From: a virus
Taxonomy: Duplodnaviria > Caudoviricetes
Reading direction: 5' to 3' (one strand)
Length of the DNA: 64,000 nucleotides
Virus record (IMG/VR): IMGVR_UViG_3300021255_002065
Coordinates: 64,001-128,000 of that record
A program made the translations under genes and the position numbers. Below the pieces are notes generated by a model. The model worked only from the letters and a program-made list of their open reading frames with translations, searched no databases and was not told where the DNA came from. Numbering within the stretch: position 1 is the stretch's first letter; each line of letters opens with the position of its first letter. Positions 9,650-19,100 of this stretch are shown here, piece by piece.

Positions 9650-9783
9650 TGTATCTATATATAATTAATATGATATAGAAATATATCTATAATATTTCAT
9701 CCTTATGATCAACTCATAAGAACCTAAGTTGAATGCATATACACATAGGTCGATCATGTAGGATTCCAAAAGGAGGTAATCTT
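9650..9783 (+). promoter_or_regulatory. AT-rich putative early promoter plus structured 5' leader (copy A)
   Basis: TATAATTAATATGATATAGAAATATATC and the leader motifs TGATCA, TTGAATGCATATA, GTCGATCAT, GGATTCC-AAAAGGAGG recur at 50484-50615 (minus). Confidence 0.7.
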
Positions 9784-10311
9784 ATGAGAAGAATGTTTAG
9801 AGAATGCAGAGAGACCAGAGACGTTGAACGTCGCTGGAGCGAAAGACTGGAAGCAGCATCCAAATTTACTCAGTCTGAAGAGTTCAAATTATCAGAGGGA
9901 ATGTCCCCTGAGGAAAGAGCCAAATATGAAAGAATGGCGAGAGAACACCTGGGTATCCCGCAGGATGCTGAAGTAGACTGGTATGTGGCTGGCAAAATAG
10001 CAAAAGAAATTCTCGAAATCAAGCGAGATCAAAAACTTGGCAAAGGGAACATCCTCTTTGGAATCGGGAAGAAAAGCGATGAGGAAATCAAGGAAATCCT
10101 CGAAGCGAGGAAGCCTGAAATGCCTAAATTAAGAGAGGTTGAAAAGTCCCTCTCTAACGAAGGCGTACTTAAGGCTGAAACCCAACCGCAGCAGTCTCAG
10201 CAGTCTTATTCGGACAAATACCAGGCTGCAATGCAGGCAGCCCAGCAATTGGCATCTTCTGGTTACTATACACTGGAAGATGCCGTTCGCATTGTAATGG
10301 CAAATCTCTAA
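9784..10311 (+). CDS. Hypothetical accessory protein; C-terminal ~58 aa shared with the next ORF
   Basis: AGGAGG RBS; ends ...KYQAAMQAAQQLASSGYYTLEDAVRIVMANL. Confidence 0.75.
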   Translation: MRRMFRECRETRDVERRWSERLEAASKFTQSEEFKLSEGMSPEERAKYERMAREHLGIPQDAEVDWYVAGKIAKEILEIKRDQKLGKGNILFGIGKKSDEEIKEILEARKPEMPKLREVEKSLSNEGVLKAETQPQQSQQSYSDKYQAAMQAAQQLASSGYYTLEDAVRIVMANL

Positions 10312-10318
10312 AACAAGC

Positions 10319-10388
10319 GACCTGAGTAAGTCATTAAACTGCTCAATCATATACAAATAAGTCCAGCTCATGACTTGAGAAACCGAGC
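10319..10388 (+). ncRNA. Tandem H-type pseudoknot intergenic element (copy 1)
   Basis: GAC-CT-GAGT-AA-GTC..AAAC-T-GCTC then AAGTC-CA-GCTC-AT-GACTT..AAAC-C-GAGC; three near-identical copies in the window. Confidence 0.7.
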
Positions 10389-10410
10389 GTAATTAAAGGA
10401 GGAAATCATT

Positions 10411-10758
10411 ATGTTTGAATTCGGTAATTTTGAAGAAATCCGCGAAATAGACGAAATAGATGAACTCGATTCCAATACTTCTAATGGATACAAGTATACG
10501 AGTGCTGAAGTATGGAAGATGGGAAGAGCTGCTATTGAAAAGCTTTTTGAAGCCAACAAAGATATCTTATTCCCAGAGGTTGAAAAAGACCTCTCTAACG
10601 AAGGGGTATTGAGAGCTGAAACCAAGGCACAGGCTCAGGCACAGCAGCAATCTTACGATGAAAAGTATAGAGCTGCAATGCAGGCAGCTCAGGAGTTGGC
10701 AGCCTCTGGCTATTATACACTGGAACAGGCAATCCAGATTGTAATGGCGAATCTCTAA
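10411..10758 (+). CDS. Hypothetical accessory protein, C-terminal paralog of 9784-10311
   Basis: AGGAGG RBS; ends ...KYRAAMQAAQELAASGYYTLEQAIQIVMANL. Confidence 0.75.
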   Translation: MFEFGNFEEIREIDEIDELDSNTSNGYKYTSAEVWKMGRAAIEKLFEANKDILFPEVEKDLSNEGVLRAETKAQAQAQQQSYDEKYRAAMQAAQELAASGYYTLEQAIQIVMANL

Positions 10759-10765
10759 CAGTAAG

Positions 10766-10835
10766 CGACCTGAGTAAGTCGTTAAAACTGCTCAATCATA
10801 AACATAAGTCCAGCTCATGACTTGAGAAACCGAGC
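10766..10835 (+). ncRNA. Tandem H-type pseudoknot intergenic element (copy 2)
   Basis: Near-identical to 10319-10388; first stem extended to CGAC/GTCG. Confidence 0.7.
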
Positions 10836-10857
10836 ATACCCTAAGGAGGTAATTATT

Positions 10858-11190
10858 ATGAAAAATATTGTTCAATTTTTGCAGGCAGTCGAAATCGCTG
10901 ATATTATCAGCAAAGAGCTTCAGAATGACTCCAGATATCTTGCTGATTATATCCTGGAAGCTGCAAAAGAATCCGGGTATTATATCTGGTCTCAGTCAAT
11001 GGAGGTTGCTGAATCCGCAGTAAAATTATCAATTCCGGTACTGAAATACGTACCTGAACAAGAGTGTGATGCTTCAGTTATCTATAAAATCCAGGCTGCA
11101 TTTGTGATCAACAATATCAAACAGTTGGACGAGATGAAGACTGCAGAAAGAAAGGCTCATCAAGAGCCAACTTTCATGTATTTCATCTAA
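10858..11190 (+). CDS. Hypothetical accessory protein
   Basis: AAGGAGGT RBS before ATG 10858 (MKNIVQF...). Confidence 0.7.
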   Translation: MKNIVQFLQAVEIADIISKELQNDSRYLADYILEAAKESGYYIWSQSMEVAESAVKLSIPVLKYVPEQECDASVIYKIQAAFVINNIKQLDEMKTAERKAHQEPTFMYFI

Positions 11191-11197
11191 CAGAACA

Positions 11198-11268
11198 TCC
11201 CTGCTGAAAAGCAGGGAGGTGAGTATATGAATTATCGTATATTGACCTCTCTGCTTTTTTCTTTTCTT
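11198..11268 (+). terminator. Long-stem terminator/attenuator with an alternative upstream hairpin (copy A)
   Basis: AAAAGCAGGGAGGT...ACCTCTCTGCTTTT plus T tract; homologous copy at 49703-49772 (minus). Confidence 0.7.
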
Positions 11269-11303
11269 GTACACACATATTGTTTAATTGAGGGGGTGAT
11301 ACA

Positions 11304-11711
11304 ATGATATTGTATCAAGCAATACAAACAAGTGCAATGATGTTATATTACTACTACTTGAGTTATAAACGGCTTCCATTACACTTAGACCAAGATGTGT
11401 TAAATCAATTTACATCACACATCATACAATTGTTCAAATGGAAATTCCCAACAATGTCATTGACAACTGATGAATTCAATGATCCGAATTTCATATTATT
11501 TGATGAACCATTTGATGAAGTATATCAATCAGATACTCGAGAGAACATGTATTCTTCTATGTTGCATGATTTAATTGAATTTCCATTAAAGCATTCGCTT
11601 ATCATAACAGATGATTATACCATACTACAAATACTACCGATTCCATTTGATAGTTTGGATATCACTCATGGTATGATAATAAACTTCTTCACTCCAATAT
11701 TGGATAGATAA
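11304..11711 (+). CDS. Hypothetical protein
   Basis: GGGGGTGA RBS; 135 aa. Confidence 0.6.
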   Translation: MILYQAIQTSAMMLYYYYLSYKRLPLHLDQDVLNQFTSHIIQLFKWKFPTMSLTTDEFNDPNFILFDEPFDEVYQSDTRENMYSSMLHDLIEFPLKHSLIITDDYTILQILPIPFDSLDITHGMIINFFTPILDR

Positions 11712-11728
11712 TATGATAACGTAGGCAG

Positions 11729-11929
11729 GTGAATATTATGACATTTAACATTCAAATTCTAGATATGAATCACAATCACGTCGCAGATGCAATGAATGCA
11801 TCCATGGAAGATGTATTAAAGTTCCTGAGAAAAGGAATGGTTGTGATTAACATGGCAACTGGATTGGAAATGAGTGAATCCGAATTACTCAATACAGTCG
11901 GTGTTGCTGATTGTGTTATGCCAGGATAA
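11729..11929 (+). CDS. Small hypothetical protein
   Basis: 66-aa ORF filling the intergenic gap; AGGTG RBS suggests the start may be ATG 11738. Confidence 0.55.
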   Translation: MNIMTFNIQILDMNHNHVADAMNASMEDVLKFLRKGMVVINMATGLEMSESELLNTVGVADCVMPG

Positions 11930-12025
11930 ATAAAATAATTTTGGCATATATAGTATTACAGTGTATTAGAGATACAATGTATCCTAATCATAAATTAATT
12001 ATTTTATTACAGGAGGTAATCTATT

Positions 12026-12466
12026 ATGATTACAACAGCAAATCATTCGTTAGCCGCTATCGCTGAATGGGGAAACCAGGCATTCAACAATGTGAATGGA
12101 ACCACTCCCGAACTTCAGCAAGCTTTCCGCCAGACTTTGAAAGCTGGCATTAAGAAAGCAAATTATCCGAGCTGTGAAGCAGAACTCGGTATCATCGATG
12201 AAATCAATGACTTCGATGTGACACCGATTGCCGAACAGATTCCCAATGCAGTTGCCAAGTACATGGCTGAAACAGGTCGTGCACTAAATCTTCCCGCACC
12301 GGATGAGAATACAGCACCTGCAACACTCAAACTCATTCACAAGGATGAAACTGTCAATACAGGTATCATTCAGATGGGTGACAAGAAAGGTCAGCCATAT
12401 GAATCCAAGGTAGCTGCTCATGATGAATACAAAATCAAGAGCAACAACAAACAGTTCAAAGACTAA
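12026..12466 (+). CDS. Hypothetical protein, weak HU/IHF-like C-terminal half
   Basis: AGGAGGT RBS; own AT-rich promoter-like region at about 11940-11965; C-terminus resembles the HU helix/beta-arm pattern. Confidence 0.6.
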   Translation: MITTANHSLAAIAEWGNQAFNNVNGTTPELQQAFRQTLKAGIKKANYPSCEAELGIIDEINDFDVTPIAEQIPNAVAKYMAETGRALNLPAPDENTAPATLKLIHKDETVNTGIIQMGDKKGQPYESKVAAHDEYKIKSNNKQFKD

Positions 12467-12482
12467 TCAGTATTACAACAAT

Positions 12483-12504
12483 ATCCCCCACATATGTGGG
12501 GGAT
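12483..12504. terminator. Perfect palindrome hairpin
   Basis: ATCCCCCACATATGTGGGGGAT. Confidence 0.6.
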
Positions 12505-12525
12505 GACTTTATGGAGGTTTTTATC

Positions 12526-13119
12526 ATGGAAAATAATGTATTTAAGATGCTCAAAGAACAGATAATGCCAGATATCGAATTCGCATATGATGCATTGATA
12601 AAGGTGGTTGACAAATTATATGAGACTTATCCGGATTTAAAATTGACAGTGAAGGGTGTTCCAAGCATGATTAATATCTGTGCTACCTTTAATACTGACG
12701 GTAGAACATTTAAATGTGACATGCGTCTCATTCCGCAGATATATACAAATGGAACACCTGTCGCATATATCGGAATAAATGAAGAAGTACAATCAGCTCG
12801 AGAACAATTCCATCATATTCCCAATGGATACACGTCAAATTTGACAAATAGTCCAACCGTGAATGTGCAAACAAGTCCAACTCTAGCAGAATTGTCTTCG
12901 AGTATCAACAATATTTGTTCCATTGATTATGGCAAGAAATATAAAAATGTCATGAAATACGACAAGGCTGTCAAGCGGTACAACAATGAAGCAATGTTTG
13001 ATTGGATTTACAATTTCATCAAAGACCTTGATAAAGAGATGGATGATGGTGGAATTCCAATTGACCTGGAGCTGGAATCAAAAATAAGACGCAATGAGTA
13101 TGATGATGAAGAATATTAA
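12526..13119 (+). CDS. Hypothetical protein
   Basis: GGAGG RBS before ATG 12526. Confidence 0.65.
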   Translation: MENNVFKMLKEQIMPDIEFAYDALIKVVDKLYETYPDLKLTVKGVPSMINICATFNTDGRTFKCDMRLIPQIYTNGTPVAYIGINEEVQSAREQFHHIPNGYTSNLTNSPTVNVQTSPTLAELSSSINNICSIDYGKKYKNVMKYDKAVKRYNNEAMFDWIYNFIKDLDKEMDDGGIPIDLELESKIRRNEYDDEEY

Positions 13120-13129
13120 TCACACAATG

Positions 13130-13157
13130 AACAACCGGGGCATATGCCCCGGTTGTT
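13130..13157. terminator. Bidirectional terminator, 28-bp perfect palindrome
   Basis: AACAACCGGGGCATATGCCCCGGTTGTT between convergent genes. Confidence 0.8.
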
Positions 13158-13168
13158 TTTCTTGTGTA

Positions 13169-16100
13169 TTAAACGCCTTTTGCAAGACGTTGAATTTGTT
13201 TTGGAATATTGTTATCTGGGAAAGCATTCTGTGGTGTTTGTTTTGGAGTTGTGGTTTGTTGTTTGCTTGATAAGTTGTCCATTTTATCCAGAATCTGTTG
13301 TAACAGAATTTCCACTTGTTCCGCACGAACATTGTACGTATGATTCATCATACGATCTATCATTTCATCTTCTGCTTTAGAAGACTTTGTGACAATCACA
13401 TTCGTAGTAGATGCTCGTGGAAGTTCGTTTGCATCAATCATTAGATTGGATAGATCATTTGTACCGACAGTTTGCATGATCTTGCTTTGGTCAATCGGTG
13501 GAATCGGTATCTCGTCACCACTACCAGCAATTCGGTTGTTGATATCTTCCAAGATAGAAGAAGTCTTTCCAACAATATAGTCGCCAGGACAAGATTTATC
13601 GGTAAACATTCTATGATACGTCCACGAACCACTGGGATCTCCAGTATATTCGAATTTCTTAATACCATTACGCTTTGCAACGTCAACTGTTAATTGTTTT
13701 GCAGATTCCATTGCAGCATCGCTAATTTCCCAACTATTATCATGGTTTTTCTTGTATCTAGCATACGCTTCCGGTTTATTTGCGATTTCAATTGTAACAG
13801 CTTTTTCATCATTATCTGGACTGCTAGATGTGTTTGGTACATTACTTTCATCTACAAACAAGCCAATTTTACCACTACCATCAACACCATATGTTGCAGA
13901 AACACCGGATCTGCCATTTGGATTTGTTTTTGCAACATCTCCAGATGTTCCGGCAAATGTTTTCTTTAAGTCATCCAAGGTATCTCCATTACTATTTGCC
14001 CATGTATGCCATGTCATTTTTGTAATCGGACCAGGTCTTGGACCAGAGTGCATATCCTTTTCACCTTTACGTTCGGTAATCAGATATGAGGGATCAGCCA
14101 ATGAAGAATTGGTGAATCCAGATGTTCCACTGCTAGTTGTTAAAGAACCTGTGCTATTCACATTTGTTCCTGATGCTGATGTGGCACTTTGTGAATACTT
14201 ATTTGCATCCACATAGTTTGCAATACCACCGATAGATCCAAATGCATAACTGGAGAAGCCTTTTCCTTGACCACTGTTACGTGCAATACCTGTGTAGCCA
14301 TATGTTTTCGCTGCCCAGTTTACTGCAGTTGGATGTTTACCAACCTGATATCCCAAGATACCTCCCGCATTAGTCGATCCAGCATTAATAGTTCCAGCTA
14401 CCAATGAATTATTTGGACGAATGACATAGTTGTATTTTCCACCTAAGGTGTCAGCGTCATTCATAACTGTTGAAATGGATTCACCATTTAGAATACGATT
14501 TGCAACACTTTGTGTGATTTTAATTGCATCTGTGGATCCATAATTCCAACCTTTCAGTTTACCATCGATCATTCCATAACCTATTTCACCATGACCTGTT
14601 CCAGCGCCATAGTCTGGATGAACAAGGATGTCACCTGGTTGTACACCTTCTTTTCCAACATTTTCCCATGGTATTGCTTCGAAATCTTGTGTCTCTTGTC
14701 CATCTTTTGTGACAGGATATTGCATACCCTTTTCTGCACGATTTCTCAATCCAGAAGCACTGATGTTGTTTGTATCATAACCTAGATAATCAAATGCATA
14801 TTGATACATGCCAGTGCAATCGATACGACCATGCAATGTTTTACCATCTAATGTAATCGGAACGGTTTTGCTCATATTATAATCGTGATGACCTTCTACA
14901 TCTGTTTGATGGATTACTCTATTGAGTGTATTGATCCATGGACTGCTTGCCAAATCAGTTGTTACATTAGCACCAAACTGACCACCGTTTACGTCAACCA
15001 TACCACCATTTGTTCCCTTGAATCGTTCATATGCTTGTTGTGCACGTTCACGACGTTTAGATTGTGCTTGACCATTGCAACGTTCAAACTTATCCATCCA
15101 TGTATCTGAAGCTGCTTGTACAGAACCAACATTTTGCATTGCGGAGTGTGCTTTCTTCTCGCTATTCTCCAATTCACTTTTCATGAATTCCAATTGCATT
15201 GGTAAGTCAGCAATCGACTTTCCATCCGATGTGGCTTTAGATAACATATTTGTTCGACGACCACCAAGCCATTGTGCAATACCGTATGGATCATTTGTAC
15301 CAAGTGGCCAACTATGTGTAGAATCAAATTTGTCAACTAAATCTCTGTTGAAGCTATCGGGTTGTGAGTGGTCGGATCCACCTTGTACATAGACTGCCAT
15401 CGGATAATATCCGCTTTCTGCGGAAAGGTTACCCATGACACCAGCAGCTGCCATTTCAGAATATCCCAAGTTATTTCTCAGATAATTCCAAATAATACCC
15501 ATATTCGTATCTTGATTGGAATATGTGGAATATGCATCAGGACCACCAGTACCAGTTCCGATTTGTGCAGCATTCTCGGCATAATTGGTTTGTGCATTTG
15601 TTTCATAAGATGATGGTGCAACTGCATAACCATTTCTCAATAACCAGTTATAGACACCGACAGCAGTACCAACATTCTCTGCCAATCCTTTTGTGGTATA
15701 AACTTTCGGAGGTTGTAAGTCACCTTGATAGAAGTATGTGGAACCTTCAATCAAGTCAGTATTCAGTTTATCTGCATAACGATCACCAGGGCTAAGTGTA
15801 AACCCAGCTCTACCAGTTGTTTCTTTAAAGACAGATTCGCCACCCTTTTTCACAATATCATTACGATATGTTCCTGAAGTGGTTTTACCATCCATTGGAG
15901 TCATTCTCCAATATCTATCTTTAATATACTTCAATTGTTCTTCTACGCTATTTGCAGCAACACCTGATTCAACCCAGTTCATGATACCTTCCGCACGTTG
16001 ACCAGATCCATCATACGTTGTTGCAGTTAAGCTCTTTGTCCCAACCAGTTTTTTTGCACCATCTTCCCAGATACCTGTGGAAATGATTGTTGCAATTTCA

Positions 16101-19100
16101 GCTGGTGTCATACCAGCGGCCGCACCTTTTTGGATAAAGGCTGGCCATTCATCGGCATATTTCTTTGCATAAACGTCCCAAGTGTTACCACTTTCAAGCG
16201 AACCTTCAAATGGGATTTCACCTTGTACGGCTCCAGCAGATGCAGTAGGCTGATGGTACTTAAAGTATGTTAATGGATTAACCCATGAACCATCTTCATT
16301 ACCGTGTCCAGGTGGATTGATTTGATAGTGGACATGTTCTCCAGTAGACTTACCTGTTGAACCAATTACACCAAGCAACTGACCGGGAGTAATTGTATCA
16401 CCAATATTCACTGTTGGCTTATCACGCATATGTGCATAACGGTGGAAGTATCCGGCAGCATCTTCGAACTGTACGGAGTTGCCCCAACCACTATCGCTAG
16501 TTTGATCGTATGGAGAATTTGCATTTCCTTCATTCGCATATCGAACGTCAATTACTTTACCACCTGTAATTGCATGTAACTCAGATTTACCAGCTTGCAT
16601 AGTAGATGCAGGATATGTGAGGATGTCAACGCCTTGGTGTGATTCATCTGTGCTACCAGTACCAGTTTTGTCAGGAGTAGAACGTCTTGTATACCAACCA
16701 CCATTTTGGGAGAACGCATATTGTGTTGCACCAGTTGTATCACTTGCACCACTTGTTTGCCAGAAGAATTCATGAACTGGTGATTTGGATAATGTGGTAC
16801 CACCATCTTCAGTAATGTCTGTATCAAAGATGGTTGGCTGATATGCGTCCGTCCACATGACAGCACCGCCATCAGAAACAAACTTACCAGCGTATGGGTC
16901 ATTGTAAGAGGATTCTACGATACCACCGCCTTGACCGAGAGCAGCATTTAACATACCGCCACTCCATGTACCGGTCTCGGCATCGTATTCACCATAAATA
17001 GAAGACATACTACCTTCGGATGCATCTACCATACCATTGACTTTCATGGCATTCATGATGTTCGCATTGTTCTTAGCAACAGCATTCAGGTATTTACGTT
17101 TAATACTTTCATTTTCCCACATGGATTTTATCCGTGCTTCATAATGTTCATCTGTTTCTGTTGCAGCCTTTGGATTATTCTGACGAAGTAATTCATATGC
17201 TTGTGATGCATAACGTTCATATTCTTCATTACCAACTGCTTCACGAATTACCTTTTCAACACGTTTCTCTTCTGCTTCCTTCACTGATTCCTCTACTTCA
17301 GAATCTTCATTTGCAGAGAACATTTTCAGAATATTAGAGAAAATGCCAGTGAGTCCACTCATCGCATTCTTAATACGTTCGGAGAAACTATCACCTTCAA
17401 TTTTTGGTATGACACTCGGATTTGCATCAGCGGAGAGCTTTTGTTCTGTGCTGATATATCCTGTACTACCACCGGGTGGTGCTGTAATAGAAGTTGTTCC
17501 ACTAGTTGTTCCAAGTGAACCTGCCGTTCCAGCTGTATCTGCAATCTCTGAATTACCAGATGTACCAGATTCTAGATTCTGCAACAATGGATTTGCATCT
17601 TTAATCTTATTGAAAATCTTACTCCAGCTCCAGTTCTTACTATTGGAATACCATGAATCAAATGTCGGTGGTTGTGAAGAAGGATTCTTACTCATGTAAT
17701 CTTGTACATAATCTTTATACAAAGCTTCCAATGCTTCAGATGCAGAGTTTGCAAAGAATTCTTCAATGGATGGAGGATTCGACGATGGATTTTGCTGCAT
17801 ATACATTGCTAAATACTGTTGATACAATGGCTCAAGTACCCTGCGACGAGCAGCTGTTAATTGTGCTTTTGCAGTAGCTGCAGTAATTGTAACTTTATTG
17901 TGTGAATAAATAGATTGAATAGCAGCAGTCTTTGCAGTTTCTACTTCGCGTGGATCTTCCACTTGTCCATACTTATTTCTGTTTAATGTGTTTAATACAA
18001 ATTCCGCACGTTTATTTTTCAACCAAGCTTTGATTGCGGGAAGCACTTGATTTATATTAGATGCAGTAATCTTTGCATCATTCAATTGAGATGCAAGCCA
18101 ATTCCATTTATCACCCTTCCATGATACAGGATCACTCTGATTCCACATATTGTCAATTACTGTCTTTTCATCACTTGTTAATTCATCATAGAAATGTTTT
18201 GTGGTCGTTTTGGTAAATGTATAATAACCGGATGGTCCGGCACCATACAAATGATACCAAGCAGCATTTGCTCCACGAACATCTCCAGAACCATATAGAC
18301 CAACAACTGAAGAAGATGCCAATTCATTTGCAGAACGACGTTCTACTCGACCACTTAATGGATTGGATACATAAGCACCACCAGCATGGTCCGTACCAAC
18401 GACGTTGATGTAGTGTGTGTTTCCAGAACGTGTTCCGAATCCAGCACCACTACCAACAAGTGTAACAGGGTTATTTGGAGTTGCACGATTCAAAGATTGT
18501 GATGTCACACCACCGACCTGATATCCCATACCCATGGATGCAGCTGTATCAATAAATCCACCAACACTTGTACCACGAGAAGACGAATAACTACCAGAGG
18601 ATGCCATGCTACTTGCTAATGCACCAGCATTTACATTTCCACCACGTCTGTTTGCAGCATCCGCTAATGCAACAGGACCACATCCACGTTGACTCATATT
18701 CAGATAAGATCCATATCTACCTTGAGAATCACCAGAACCAAAGTAATCACGATAACCACTCGCTGATGTTGTCGTAACTGGTATTGTTGGGATTGTCACA
18801 GTTGTATTAGTATTCGTATTATTAGTAGGATCATTAGAAGTTTCATTGGCAACTGGTGTATTATCTTCTGCAATCTCAGAGGATGTTGTTGTGTCAGTAG
18901 CATCAGGATATAGTGATGAAATATAGAAAGGCTGTCCTGTTGTGAGATAAGATACCTGGTTTGCTTTCGATGTGACACCTTCAGCTTGATATGCCATGCC
19001 AGACGCCGATAAACCAATTGATGTTTGGAATAAGGCTGCACCAGCAGCAGTGGATCCGGCAGCGACTAATTGTAATGCATCAGCAGCAAGTTGTTGTCCA

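Noticed and set aside
10319-10835. CRISPR array or mini-array interpretation of the repeated intergenic element
   Set aside because: The repeats are ~70 nt and are separated by whole genes, not 30-40-nt spacers; no cas-like ORF is recognisable.
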